Shown in pieces: positions 38,559 to 49,068 of a DNA stretch of 64,000 nucleotides (positions within the stretch are counted from its first letter, which is position 1; every line of letters begins with the position of its first letter). The position numbers and the translations under genes are program-made. The stretch is taken from positions 124,001 to 188,000 of the forward strand of contig NZ_MWQY01000008.1 of assembly GCF_002087085.1 (NCBI RefSeq). Direction: 5' to 3'. A model generated the notes under the pieces. It was not told where the DNA came from and searched no databases. It saw only the letters and a program-made list of their open reading frames with translations.

Positions 38559-40156
38559 AGCGGACAAAGTCCGCCGGGATGTATCCCGCCCTCAGGATTC
38601 TACGTATTCTGACAGCCGCTCTTGTTCTCGCCGGTTTTGTCGCGGGGATGAGCTTAAGCAGCATCTTCTTTGACAGGATACTTTCTCTGCTTGTATCCGT
38701 CCAGTTCCTTCCGGCTCTCCTGCGGCTGCTGCTTTCCGGCACAGCTCTGGCCATTTCCGCACTGGTTCCGCTTCTTGTAATCGGAGTCCTGACCTTCCTT
38801 GTCGGCAGGGTCTACTGTTCGGTGCTTTGCCCCCTGGGAATTCTGCAGGATCTGCTGCTCTTTCTCAGCAGAAAACTCGGGCGGCGAAACATGCGCCATG
38901 AGCCATCCCGCATGGGTATTCATGCAGCCGTCTGGTCAGCCTCCGTTATTCTTGCCGCCGCCGGTCTGCCCGTCCTGCTCAGTCTGCTGGAACCCTACGC
39001 CTTTTTCGGCAGAATCCATCGGGACGTCTTTGTCCCCCTGACGACCCTTTCCAGCACAGCAATCGTTGAGATATTGAAGAACTACGAGATATACCTGGCG
39101 CCCGTCCCCTTCCGGGGGGAGCTGCGGGCGGTACTCTCCAGCCTTGCCCTTCTTGCAACCCTGATATTTCTGACCCTGCGATGGGGCCGCTGGTACTGCA
39201 ACCGGCTCTGCCCCGCGGGCTTCATGCTGAGACTTTTAAGCATTCATCCTGTTTTCGGCCTGCGGCTCAAACGGGAGGATTGTATAACCTGCGGACTCTG
39301 CACCAGGGTCTGCCGGGCCGCCTGCATTGACCTTGAGAACCATTCCCTAGCGACTGACCGCTGCGTCCTCTGCTTCGACTGCGCTGCAGCCTGCCCCACC
39401 GGAGCCATAGCCTTCCAGCCTGCACGGAATCATTCCCCTGATGTCAGGGATATCTCCCGGCGAAGGGCCCTTCTCAGCGCCGCAGGTACCCTGCTCGCCG
39501 CCGGATCAGCCTGGGCCCTGAGCCCCTTAAAGAATCTGGAGGGACCGCCAGCCCTTCCGGAGACGGATACCGGCAATCCCGAACAGCCCGTCCTGCCGCC
39601 GGGAGCGATATCCCGTTCCCATTACAGCGCCCGCTGCATCTCCTGCCATACCTGCGTATCCTCCTGCCCTACCCACGTACTGCAGCCCTCCTTTTTTGCC
39701 CTGGGCCTGCGGGGATTTCTGCAGCCTGTAATGGACTACCGCAGCGGCTACTGCGAGTGGGAGTGCAACACCTGTTCCACCGTCTGTCCCACCGGGGCCA
39801 TCGCCCCGATTCAGCTCAAAGAGAAGAAGATGCTGCAGATGGGAACGGTAGACTTCATCCAGGACCGCTGCGTGGTATTCACCGAAGGGACAGCCTGCGG
39901 GGCCTGCGCGGAAGTCTGCCCCACCGGAGCCGTGTGGATGGCCCCCTACCAGGGTGAGCTGACCCAGCCCCTGACGGACACGGCTTTCTGTTCCGGCTGC
40001 GGCAGCTGCCAGCACGCCTGTCCGGTGGAAGGAGAAAAGGCAATACTTGTCCAGGGACTTGAAGAGCATGGAAGACGGAAGGAAAAACCTGTCGACCAGC
40101 AGGAGGAAGAAGAACCGGGTTCCCCCGGCGAGGAATTCGAGGAGTTTCCCTTTTAG
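38555..40156 (+). CDS. Membrane polyferredoxin (NapH/MauN-like 4Fe-4S binding protein)
   Basis: GRVYCSVLCPLG, WYCNRLCPAG, several CxxCxxCxxxCP motifs; start set at GTG 38555 (ATG 38579 is an alternative). Confidence 0.85.
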   Translation: MKRTKSAGMYPALRILRILTAALVLAGFVAGMSLSSIFFDRILSLLVSVQFLPALLRLLLSGTALAISALVPLLVIGVLTFLVGRVYCSVLCPLGILQDLLLFLSRKLGRRNMRHEPSRMGIHAAVWSASVILAAAGLPVLLSLLEPYAFFGRIHRDVFVPLTTLSSTAIVEILKNYEIYLAPVPFRGELRAVLSSLALLATLIFLTLRWGRWYCNRLCPAGFMLRLLSIHPVFGLRLKREDCITCGLCTRVCRAACIDLENHSLATDRCVLCFDCAAACPTGAIAFQPARNHSPDVRDISRRRALLSAAGTLLAAGSAWALSPLKNLEGPPALPETDTGNPEQPVLPPGAISRSHYSARCISCHTCVSSCPTHVLQPSFFALGLRGFLQPVMDYRSGYCEWECNTCSTVCPTGAIAPIQLKEKKMLQMGTVDFIQDRCVVFTEGTACGACAEVCPTGAVWMAPYQGELTQPLTDTAFCSGCGSCQHACPVEGEKAILVQGLEEHGRRKEKPVDQQEEEEPGSPGEEFEEFPF

Positions 40157-40419
40157 CTTTTCCCGCTTATGGTGCTTTCATATTCCGGAAAATAACGTCC
40201 GATTACCTGCAGATCAAAACTCCTGAGAATAGATTCCTTGGGTTCATGTTCCAGAAGAAACTGAAAGGATTCTTTTATCAGCCGTTCTTTATCCCCGGTA
40301 CCCCCCGTCAGTTTCTGAAAATAGGTATCATCCAGGCGGACCGTATGTTTTGTGACACTCCCGCCTTCCGTGACACTTACAATAAAGGTATTCTGGTTTT
40401 CTTTTCGGACATCGACCAT
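40153..40419 (-). CDS. Small conserved hypothetical protein
   Basis: GGAGGG RBS; SFQFLLEHEPKESILRSFDL..I.RYFPEYE. Confidence 0.65.
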   Translation of the reverse strand: MVDVRKENQNTFIVSVTEGGSVTKHTVRLDDTYFQKLTGGTGDKERLIKESFQFLLEHEPKESILRSFDLQVIGRYFPEYESTISGKS

Positions 40420-40471
40420 GGCATCCCTCCATCTGCGGACTGGTATCTGCTGCTTTTAGAGGTAAGAACTA

Positions 40472-41497
40472 TCAGTACAAACGTACAGTGGAGGCTTTGA
40501 AGGAGACAAACACCCTGGAACCGGGACTCAAACCAAGTTCCGCGCTGGATTCCCCGGTAACACGAGAGGTAAGGACAAGATTCTCCACCCTTACCGCAAC
40601 ATCGATAAGGGGATGAGCCTGCTCCCTGTTTTTCACCGGCGTAACGGACTCCACCGTCCCGGGAAAGTTGTTCCGGGCCGATGAATGAAGAGCCTCCCGG
40701 GAGAGGATTATCCTGTCGTAGTCCACAACGGCCTTGGTAAAATCCCCCTCCAGGTCCGGACAGTGTATCGATACCCCGTCGGACACAAAGAGCCGCTCGT
40801 CCTTCTGTCCGGGAACCATTCTTCCGGGAAGGATATTCTCCCCTGCGGGAACAACCCTGCCCTCATCCAGGTGGACCAGCCGGTCGCAGATGCGGTAGGC
40901 GAAGGGGAGGTTATGGGTGCTCACGATTATTGTTGTCCCATAAAGATCACGTATGGAGGGCAGAAGCTTTTCAAAACGCCGGACGTTCTCCCGGTCGATA
41001 CTGGATGTGGGTTCATCGAAAAGGATCACCTTGGGTCTCAATACCAGGGCCCTGGCAATGGCAACCCGCTGGATCTCCCCTCCGGAAAGAGCGTTGGACC
41101 GCCGCTTTTCAAAACCCTGGAGTCCTACCACCTCCAGAGCTTCCATAACCTTTTCCCTGATCTCACAGCCGGATTGCTTTCTGATCTTCAGGCCGTAGGC
41201 AATGTTGTCATATACCGTACCGCTCAAAAGCAGGGGGTTCTGGTGCAGATAGACGGTCTGTTCCCGCAGCGCCCTGCTCCTGCTCACATCCCTGCCCTCA
41301 AAGAGAATCCGCCCCTTTTCCAGGGGCAGCAACATGTTCAGAAGCTTCATAAGGGTCGTTTTACCCGAACCGTTGGGCCCCAGGAGCACGTGTATCCTGT
41401 TCTCCTGGAAGTCGAGCTCTTCCACAATCAGGGCCGGCTCCGAGTCATAACCGAATTCTATATTCTCAGCACGAAAAACGGGATTCTCAGACATCAT
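40472..41497 (-). CDS. tupC: Tungstate ABC transporter ATPase with TOBE domain
   Basis: GPNGSGKT, LSGGEIQR, DEPT; SSARNNFPG TOBE. Confidence 0.8.
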   Translation of the reverse strand: MMSENPVFRAENIEFGYDSEPALIVEELDFQENRIHVLLGPNGSGKTTLMKLLNMLLPLEKGRILFEGRDVSRSRALREQTVYLHQNPLLLSGTVYDNIAYGLKIRKQSGCEIREKVMEALEVVGLQGFEKRRSNALSGGEIQRVAIARALVLRPKVILFDEPTSSIDRENVRRFEKLLPSIRDLYGTTIIVSTHNLPFAYRICDRLVHLDEGRVVPAGENILPGRMVPGQKDERLFVSDGVSIHCPDLEGDFTKAVVDYDRIILSREALHSSARNNFPGTVESVTPVKNREQAHPLIDVAVRVENLVLTSRVTGESSAELGLSPGSRVFVSFKASTVRLY

Positions 41498-42170
41498 TCT
41501 TTACCAGGCTGTGGGTTATGATATTGATACCCAGGGCGATGGCCAGCAGAATCAGCCCCAGGGAGATCCCCAGCTCGAACTGCCCCTTGCTGGTCTCCAG
41601 GGCAATGCTGGTGGTCATGGTACGGGTATACCAGCGGATATTGCCTCCCAGCATCATGGACACCCCCACCTCGCCTACGACCCTGCCGAATCCCGCCAGA
41701 ACCGCGGAGATTATGATAAAGCGGGCCTCTATTATCGACGCCTTGAGCACGTCTCCGCGGCGGGCGCCCAGGGTTATCAGGGTCTCATGAAAACGGGGAT
41801 CCATTCTGGAGAGCCCTGAGTAGACAAGGGATGTCAGGACCGGCAGCACCAGGAAAACCTGGCCGATAATGATAGCCCCGGGGGTGAAGAGCAGGTTCAG
41901 CTCCCCCAGGGGACCGGAGCGGGAGATAACGGAAAAAACAAGAAGACCGATAACCACGGTGGGAACCGCCATAAGGGCGCTCAACACGGAGATTATCGGC
42001 CGTTTGAAGGGGATCCTGCCGAAATGCAGAGCTATCCCCAGGGGAATACTCAAAAGGGAAGCGAAGAATGTGGAAGCCAGGGCCAGACGCAGGGAGGTAA
42101 AGGCGATGAAAAAGACCTCCCGGTCGCCTGACACTATCAGACGCAGAGCTTCCGTAAAAATGGAACCCAT
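41487..42170 (-). CDS. tupB: Tungstate ABC transporter permease
   Basis: SRSGPLG..LLFTP, GEVGVSMMLGGNIRWYTRTMTTSIALET. Confidence 0.88.
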   Translation of the reverse strand: MGSIFTEALRLIVSGDREVFFIAFTSLRLALASTFFASLLSIPLGIALHFGRIPFKRPIISVLSALMAVPTVVIGLLVFSVISRSGPLGELNLLFTPGAIIIGQVFLVLPVLTSLVYSGLSRMDPRFHETLITLGARRGDVLKASIIEARFIIISAVLAGFGRVVGEVGVSMMLGGNIRWYTRTMTTSIALETSKGQFELGISLGLILLAIALGINIITHSLVKNDV

Positions 42171-42191
42171 GGTACTCCCGGTTCTTCCGCC

Positions 42192-43052
42192 TTAACGGGC
42201 GTCGGGATAGAAGAGCTGTTCGCCGCCCTTCTTGAAATCTCCGATCAGCTGCTGACCCTTCCCGCTGACAATCCAGTCAATCAGGGCCATGGCGCCGTCA
42301 AAGTTCACATGGGGGTGAAGTTCAGGATTGACCGCGATGATGCCGTAGGGATTGAAGAGGGAGGCCTCGCCGTCGAAACACACCACCAGGTCGATGGAAT
42401 CCTTCATGGCGATAAAGGTTCCCCGATCGGCAAGGGTATAGCCCTGAAGGTCATTGGTCATGGTTATTACCGCGCCCATTCCCTGTCCGGCCTCTTTATA
42501 CCAGGAACCTTCGGGGGTAATCCCGGCACCCTCCCAGAGACTGAGTTCCTTAAAATGGGTCCCGGAATTGTCTCCCCGGGAAACGAAATCCGCCTCGGCC
42601 TCGGCTACCAGCTTGAGTGCCTCGGCAGCAGTCCCGGCCTCTCCGATTCCAGCGGGATCATCCTCAGGTCCGAGAACAACGAAATCGTTATACATTACGT
42701 CTTTCCGGTTTACCCCGTAACCGGCGTCGACAAACTTGTCTTCCTGGGCCCGGGCATGGACAAATACAACATCCACATCGCCCTTTTCGCCAAGACCAAG
42801 GGCAGCGCCGGTTCCGACGGCGATAACATCAACGGTGTATCCCGTGTCTTTGGTGAACTCCGGCAGCAGGAAGCCCAGAAGGCCGCTGTTGTCCGTACTG
42901 GTGGTGGTGGCAAGTTTTACCCTGGGATTCTCCGGGGCGGGGGCCTGTTCTTCAACTTTTGGTGACTGGGGGCTTTCAGCGGCGCCGCCTGCAAAAAGGG
43001 ACATGGAAAACACTGCAAACAGCACGACGGCAAGAGTTATTGCCTTTTTCAT
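42192..43052 (-). CDS. tupA: Tungstate-binding periplasmic protein
   Basis: ATTTSTDNSGLL, AVGTG.AL, FVHA, MYNDFV, SRGDNSGTH.KE; ATG at 43052 after the riboswitch SD. Confidence 0.92.
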   Translation of the reverse strand: MKKAITLAVVLFAVFSMSLFAGGAAESPQSPKVEEQAPAPENPRVKLATTTSTDNSGLLGFLLPEFTKDTGYTVDVIAVGTGAALGLGEKGDVDVVFVHARAQEDKFVDAGYGVNRKDVMYNDFVVLGPEDDPAGIGEAGTAAEALKLVAEAEADFVSRGDNSGTHFKELSLWEGAGITPEGSWYKEAGQGMGAVITMTNDLQGYTLADRGTFIAMKDSIDLVVCFDGEASLFNPYGIIAVNPELHPHVNFDGAMALIDWIVSGKGQQLIGDFKKGGEQLFYPDAR

Positions 43053-43058
43053 TTGGGA

Positions 43059-43180
43059 ACTCCTTTCCAAATTTCGGGAGGTTGCCTGATTTCTCAGCCA
43101 GCCCTTGGACAGCCATACGACTGCCCGGGACCGGTCGCCTTAGATCCGGAGACGAATCCTTAGGCTAACGGTTCGGAGAA
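43059..43180 (-). ncRNA. Moco RNA motif (riboswitch) upstream of tupA
   Basis: Minus strand CTCCGAACC..CCTAAG..GAGAAATC..ACCTCCCGAAATTTGGAAAGGAG; promoter TTGATT-17-TACAAT at 43221-43193. Confidence 0.85.
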
Positions 43181-43233
43181 TGTCTGAAAGGGATTGTAGT
43201 ATAGGAGGATCAGAAAATCAACAAAGCTCTATA

Positions 43234-44355
43234 TTATTTTTCCGCCAGTCGCGGCACCCTGCCGGAAATGCGGGTGACGATCTCGTAGTTTATGGTCCCC
43301 AGAACTTCGGCCTGCTCCCCGGCTCCGATGAACTGGTCAGCCTGCGCCCCGATTATCACCACCTCGTCGCCTTCCTCGACCCTGCCCCTTAAAGGGCTTA
43401 CATCGATAAGGCACTGGTCCATGCAGATCGTTCCCACCTGCCGGCAGCGCCGGCCGCCGACGAGCATCTCGATGCGGTTGCTCAAGGCCCGTGCGAGTCC
43501 GTCCCCATACCCCACAGGCACCGTGGCTATCAGGGACTGACGGGAGGTAATATAACTGTGACCATAACTCAACCCGGTGCCGGGAGAAACCTCCTTTAAC
43601 TGGGTTATCGCGGTTTTCCAGCTCAGAACCGGTTTAAGCTCGTCCACCCGGGGATTGCGGATTTCGGAAGAGGGCTTTAATCCATACAGGGCGATTCCCG
43701 GCCTGCAGGCATCAAAGCAGGCACCGGAGACATCAAAGATCGCGGCGCTGTTGGCCATGTGGGTCTCAAAGTCCCTGAAGTCCGCGGTCTTTTCCACCAG
43801 GTCCCGGAACCGGCCAAGCTGTTCCAGGGAATACTCCGGGTCTCCCTCATCGGCCCGGGGAAAATGGCTCATGAATCCGGCAATCTTCAATCCCGGATAC
43901 CCTGCAATCCTGGCCAGCACCGTGTCGGCCTCCCGGGGGCAGAATCCCACCCTTCCCATGCCGGTATCGAATTTCAGATGCACCCTGATATCCCGTCCCT
44001 GACGAAGCGCCTCCCTGGAGAGCGCCCGGAGCTGAATGTCCGTGGCCACTACAGGCTCAAATCCATGGGCGGCGATCTCCTGCGCGGTATCTCCCAGATC
44101 CGGAGACAGGATAATAAAGCGGGCATCAATCCCGTTTTCCGCCAGCTCCAGAGCCTCCTGCACCTGAGCGACCCCGAAGGTATCCACTCCCCGGGAGACA
44201 AGATGGGATGCCACAATACGAGCCCCGTGGCCGTAGGCATCGGCCTTGATGGCGGGCCATAAAGGCCGACCGCCGGCCAGCTCCCGCAGCAGAGAAAGGT
44301 TGTGGTCAAGATTCTTCAAGGATATGTATACCCTGGTCAGGGGAAGTCTGCTCAT
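43234..44355 (-). CDS. alr: Alanine racemase
   Basis: AIKADAYGHG, HLKFDTGMGRVG, MSHF, GYGDG, GTICMDQ, TINYEI. Confidence 0.95.
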   Translation of the reverse strand: MSRLPLTRVYISLKNLDHNLSLLRELAGGRPLWPAIKADAYGHGARIVASHLVSRGVDTFGVAQVQEALELAENGIDARFIILSPDLGDTAQEIAAHGFEPVVATDIQLRALSREALRQGRDIRVHLKFDTGMGRVGFCPREADTVLARIAGYPGLKIAGFMSHFPRADEGDPEYSLEQLGRFRDLVEKTADFRDFETHMANSAAIFDVSGACFDACRPGIALYGLKPSSEIRNPRVDELKPVLSWKTAITQLKEVSPGTGLSYGHSYITSRQSLIATVPVGYGDGLARALSNRIEMLVGGRRCRQVGTICMDQCLIDVSPLRGRVEEGDEVVIIGAQADQFIGAGEQAEVLGTINYEIVTRISGRVPRLAEK

Positions 44356-44447
44356 ACTTTGCTCCGTCGGGAACCAAGAATACCATAGACCCCTGCCCGA
44401 GGGGAATAGATTTACAGTCGGCGTTTTTCTGATATGATACTGACACC

Positions 44448-45686
44448 ATGGATACACAAAATCCTGCACTGAAGATCCGCAGCGAAGTCGGCCCCTTGAA
44501 AACAATCCTTCTCCACCGCCCGGGAGGGGAGCTGGAACGGCTTATTCCCAAATACCTGGACGAGATGCTCTTTGAAGATATTCCCTATCTGGCACAGATG
44601 CAGGCAGAACACGACAAGTTCGCCGAAGTGCTGCGGGCCAACGGAGCGGAAGTACTCTATTTTGAAAAACTCCTTGAGGATATCCTTGAGGCCGGGAAGG
44701 TAAAAGAGGCTGTCATCGCAGAAATTACCGCCGGGCTCAGGGTAAACTCAGCACCCTTAAAAGAGGACATCCGGGCTCTCCTTGCAGGGATGCCCCCCAG
44801 GGAACTCACTGCGACCCTGCTTTCGGGCCTTTCAAAGAAAGAGGTGCCCCATTCCGAGGCGGAAAAGAGACTCTCCTTCTACATAAAGGACGAATACCCC
44901 TTCTATATCGACCCCCTGCCGAACCTGTACTTCTCCCGGGACTACGGGACGGTCATAGGTACCCGGCTTTCGGTGAACACCATGAAAGCCCGGGCCCGGA
45001 AACGTGAGAGCATGCTGCTGCAGCATATCGCTGAGCATCATCCCCGCTTCAGAGGCTGCAGACTCTGGCACCGTCACAACGAACCGGACAGCATCGAGGG
45101 GGGAGACATCCTGGTTCTGAATGATTCGGTCATCGCCGTCGGCTGCAGCGCCCGGACCAGCCCGGAGGGAATCGAGACCCTGGCATCCAGGCTTTTCGCA
45201 GAGGACGAAACAGTACGGGAAGTCCTGGTTATCCAGATTCCTTTTACCCGGGCCTATATGCACCTGGATACGGTCTTTACCATGGTGGATGTGGACAAGT
45301 TCACCATCTTTCCCGGCATCGCCGATTCGGCCCATATATTTCGCCTGAGCCCCGGGGGGCAGAAAAACAGGGGGGGAATCCGCATACGCCAGGAGAAGAA
45401 CCTGGCCAGGACTCTGGCAAAGAGTCTGAACCTCCCCGCAGTCAGGCTTATCGCCACCGGGGGCGGGGACACCTGGAGCGCCGAACGGGAACAGTGGAAC
45501 GACAGCACCAATACCCTGGCAATCGCCCCGGGCAAGGTCATAACCTACAGGCGCAACATCCTCTCCAACGAGATCCTGCGGCAGAACGGCGTGGAAGTTC
45601 TGGAGATTGCAGGGTCGGAGCTGGTGCGGGGAAGGGGCGGCCCCAGGTGCATGAGCATGCCCCTGAGGCGCAGTTCTACAGGGTAA
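44448..45686 (+). CDS. arcA: Arginine deiminase
   Basis: SEVGPLKTILLHRPG, PNLYFSRD, IEGGD, MHLDTVFT, GRGGPRCMSMP. Confidence 0.95.
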   Translation: MDTQNPALKIRSEVGPLKTILLHRPGGELERLIPKYLDEMLFEDIPYLAQMQAEHDKFAEVLRANGAEVLYFEKLLEDILEAGKVKEAVIAEITAGLRVNSAPLKEDIRALLAGMPPRELTATLLSGLSKKEVPHSEAEKRLSFYIKDEYPFYIDPLPNLYFSRDYGTVIGTRLSVNTMKARARKRESMLLQHIAEHHPRFRGCRLWHRHNEPDSIEGGDILVLNDSVIAVGCSARTSPEGIETLASRLFAEDETVREVLVIQIPFTRAYMHLDTVFTMVDVDKFTIFPGIADSAHIFRLSPGGQKNRGGIRIRQEKNLARTLAKSLNLPAVRLIATGGGDTWSAEREQWNDSTNTLAIAPGKVITYRRNILSNEILRQNGVEVLEIAGSELVRGRGGPRCMSMPLRRSSTG

Positions 45687-46407
45687 AGCCGCCGTCCACA
45701 GTAAGGATCTGTCCGGTCATCAGATCGGCATCCATGAGCAGACTGACAATAACCTGGGCGACATCGTCGGGGCTGCAGACTTTCTTTAGAGGAGTCCCTT
45801 CGGACATCCTCGCGATATGATCCTCCTTGCCTGAAACCCAGCGGGTGGTGACGATTCCCGGAGCGACGGCATTCACACGCACCTCCGGCGCCAGCACGTG
45901 GGCCAGGCTTCGGGTCAGGGTGCTGACCCCTCCCTTGGACACACAGTAGGGTATGGAACTTCCGGTTCCCAGGGCGGCAATGGAAGAGACGTTGACGATT
46001 GCTCCTCTGTTTTTTCTGAGCTCCGCAGCACAGGCGCGGCTCACCTTGAAGGTTCCCTTGATATTTACATCGAAAATGGAATCCCAGTGCTCGTCCCGGA
46101 CGGCGTCCAGATCTTCCAGAGGGATGAACTCGGTTTTACCTGCATTATTAACCAGGTAATCGATGCGGCCGAAGCTCTCAAGGGTTGCGGCTGTCATCTT
46201 TTTGACTGCATCTTCATCGGCAATACTGGCACAGAAGGATATGGCTGTGCCCCCGGCAGCCCTGACATCCTTTACCGTTTTTTCAGCTTCATCCCGGGAT
46301 CGGGAATAATTAATTACACACGCAACATTCCGCCTGGCCAGCATCAGGGCTGTGGACCGCCCTATGCCGGTGCCTCCGCCGGTTATGATTGCTACTTTGT
46401 TTTCCAT
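45676..46407 (-). CDS. SDR family oxidoreductase
   Basis: TGGGTGIG, NNAG, YCVSK. Confidence 0.9.
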   Translation of the reverse strand: MENKVAIITGGGTGIGRSTALMLARRNVACVINYSRSRDEAEKTVKDVRAAGGTAISFCASIADEDAVKKMTAATLESFGRIDYLVNNAGKTEFIPLEDLDAVRDEHWDSIFDVNIKGTFKVSRACAAELRKNRGAIVNVSSIAALGTGSSIPYCVSKGGVSTLTRSLAHVLAPEVRVNAVAPGIVTTRWVSGKEDHIARMSEGTPLKKVCSPDDVAQVIVSLLMDADLMTGQILTVDGGFTL

Positions 46408-46667
46408 GGTAAAGCTCCTCGAAAATTCGTAAGGGAAAATTAATCTGACAAGATCTTAGCATGAAAGCAGGGACTACAAAAACCAGCAGACAGCACAGGG
46501 CAAGCTGCATGAGAAAGAGCTCATCTATACAATGCGCACTTTTATACACATACGACGAACATACTGCCTTTACATCCGTGCAAATTTACACAGGCCTTAT
46601 CCCATAGCTCATGACGATCTGATAAAAATCGTGTAAGGTTTTTGTTAGAAACGAAAACGGAGCCGCC

Positions 46668-48383
46668 ATGCTGAAAAAATTCATACGCTACTACCGCCCC
46701 CATCTGAGCCTCTTTGTTATTGATATGTTAGTGGCCTCCGCCATGTCGCTGCTTCTGATCTTTTTCCCCTACATAACCCGGAACCTTCTGCGAAGCTATA
46801 TACCGGAAAGCAATGTTCCCATGATCATCTGGTCCCTCGCGGCGCTTGGTTCAATCTGTCTGTTCATGCTCGTTTTGAATTATATCCGGATAAAATGGGG
46901 ACATATCCTGGGTGTGCGCATGGAAGCCGATATGCGGAAGGATATTTTCCGGCATGTGCAGAAACTCTCCTTTACCTGGTTTGACAACACAAAAACCGGC
47001 CACATCATGTCCCGAATCTCCAATGATCTGAACATGATCGCCGAAGTCGCCCACCACGCCCCGGAGGACCTGTTGATATCCCTGGTGGTATTGATCGGAG
47101 CATATATCTTCATGTTCAGCTTCAGCTGGCCCCTGGCGCTCATCTCGCTGATTCCCTTCCCCTTCATGCTGATCTGGGGAATCATTTTCGGCGGCCGAAT
47201 GCGCTCCGGCTTCCGGAAGGTGAGAAAGGAGATCGCCGAAATCAACAGCACCGTCGAAAACTCGGTCCAGGGAATCCGGGAGGTAAAGGCTTTCGCCAAT
47301 GAAGAGCTCGAAGAGGAGAAATTCCACAATTCGAATACGACCTTCCGCTATGCCAAGGAGAACGCCTACACCGCCATGGCAGGCTTCCACTCGGTAATCC
47401 ATTTTCTCCGGGACTCCTACTATCTCGTGGTCGTGGGCGGCGGAGTGCTGCTTATATTTCACGGGCTTATCGAGGTCTACGACCTGCTCTCCTTTGTACT
47501 TTTTGTGGGGATCATACTGCCCCCCATCGACAGACTGATCAACTTTAATGAGCAGCTGCAGCAGGGGACCGCCGCCTTCGAACGCTTTGTGGAAATCATG
47601 GAGATTGAACCCGACATCGCTGACCGTCCGGGATCAAAAACCCTCGCGGAGCACAGCAGGGAGATTCGCTTCAGGGATGTGCATTTCAGCTATGCCGGAT
47701 CCCCCGAGCCGGTCCTGAAGGGAATCAACCTGACTGTCCCCTTCGGCAGCAAGGTGGCTCTGGTGGGTGAGTCGGGAGCCGGAAAAAGCACCCTGGTTTC
47801 GCTGATCCCCCGGTTCTACGAGGTCAGTCAGGGAGAGATCAGCATCGACGGGATGGATGTGAAAAACCTGACCCAGAAATCCCTCAGGGAGCAGACAGGA
47901 ATCGTACAGCAGAACGTTTTTCTCTTCGACACCTCCTTACGGGAAAACATCATGTACGGCAATCCCCTGGCAACGGAAGAGGAGATGGTCCGGGCGGCAA
48001 GCTGGGCAAACATTCTGGATTTTATTCAAAGTCTGCCGGAGGGCTTCGATACCGAAGTGGGAGAACGGGGAGTAAAGCTGTCGGGAGGACAGAAGCAGCG
48101 TATAGCCATTGCCAGGGTCTTTCTGAAGAATCCCCCCATTCTGATCCTTGACGAGGCGACATCCGCCCTCGATACCGAATCGGAAGCCCTTATCCAAAAT
48201 GCCATGTTCAGGCTGGCGGAAAACCGTACCACCATAATAATTGCCCACCGGCTTTCCACCGTCAGAAACGTTGACAGAATCTATGTAATGAAGGAGGGGC
48301 GTATCATTGAAGAGGGAGCACACTCTGAACTGCTGGCATTGAAAGGGTACTATGAACGATTATATACCCAGCGAAGACTCTGA
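46668..48383 (+). CDS. ABC transporter, fused permease/ATPase (exporter type)
   Basis: Six-TM domain; GESGAGKST, LSGGQKQR, DEATSALD. Confidence 0.93.
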   Translation: MLKKFIRYYRPHLSLFVIDMLVASAMSLLLIFFPYITRNLLRSYIPESNVPMIIWSLAALGSICLFMLVLNYIRIKWGHILGVRMEADMRKDIFRHVQKLSFTWFDNTKTGHIMSRISNDLNMIAEVAHHAPEDLLISLVVLIGAYIFMFSFSWPLALISLIPFPFMLIWGIIFGGRMRSGFRKVRKEIAEINSTVENSVQGIREVKAFANEELEEEKFHNSNTTFRYAKENAYTAMAGFHSVIHFLRDSYYLVVVGGGVLLIFHGLIEVYDLLSFVLFVGIILPPIDRLINFNEQLQQGTAAFERFVEIMEIEPDIADRPGSKTLAEHSREIRFRDVHFSYAGSPEPVLKGINLTVPFGSKVALVGESGAGKSTLVSLIPRFYEVSQGEISIDGMDVKNLTQKSLREQTGIVQQNVFLFDTSLRENIMYGNPLATEEEMVRAASWANILDFIQSLPEGFDTEVGERGVKLSGGQKQRIAIARVFLKNPPILILDEATSALDTESEALIQNAMFRLAENRTTIIIAHRLSTVRNVDRIYVMKEGRIIEEGAHSELLALKGYYERLYTQRRL

Positions 48384-48531
48384 AAAAAAGTTCAACATCA
48401 AATTTTAACCAAAATATCCTCCCGCAAGGGCTTCACAAAAAAAACAAGCCTTTACGGGGGAGAATTTCATTAATCTTTTTACAAATGACGAAAGTCGAAT
48501 TACAATAAAATCAAAAATAGGAGGCCCGCCG

Positions 48532-49068
48532 ATGGAACTGACCATCAAGGAAATCCCCGCGGCATTCAAAGCCAATATACCCCAGGGGATGCGCCTTTTT
48601 GCCAAGCACGGAAAAGAGGTACTTCTCGTTGAATCTGTTTTCTGTCCCAACGGCCACAACCTGCTGGTGGACAGCGTACGTATTCACGATGAGCCCTCCA
48701 TACGCCTGAATATCAGGCTGGGAAACCAGAAGGGAGTGGTGTTCCTCGACTCCTTCTGGGGAAGCCACGCGAATCTTTTTTCGTTTCTTCCCACGAAGAT
48801 GGAGGCGGACAGCGCAGTGGAAGCCCACTGCCCCTACTGCGATGTTCTTCTTAACGTCAAACAGCCCTGCGAAAACAAGGATTGCGATTCCCGGGAACAG
48901 ATCGCCCTCTATCTTCCGGGACGCAACAACAGGATCTACATCTGTCCCAAGGTGGCCTGCCCCCATCACATGCTGGTGGTGGAGGAGATACCCCACGACA
49001 TTCTGGAAGTCATAGATGAAATCAACTACTTCGGTACCGGTCAGGACGAAGTTTTCGGGGGGATCTGA
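48532..49068 (+). CDS. Cys/His-rich hypothetical protein leading the oxidoreductase operon
   Basis: GGAGG RBS; CPNGH, CPYC, CENKDC, CPKVACPHH; TGATG coupling to the next gene. Confidence 0.75.
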   Translation: MELTIKEIPAAFKANIPQGMRLFAKHGKEVLLVESVFCPNGHNLLVDSVRIHDEPSIRLNIRLGNQKGVVFLDSFWGSHANLFSFLPTKMEADSAVEAHCPYCDVLLNVKQPCENKDCDSREQIALYLPGRNNRIYICPKVACPHHMLVVEEIPHDILEVIDEINYFGTGQDEVFGGI

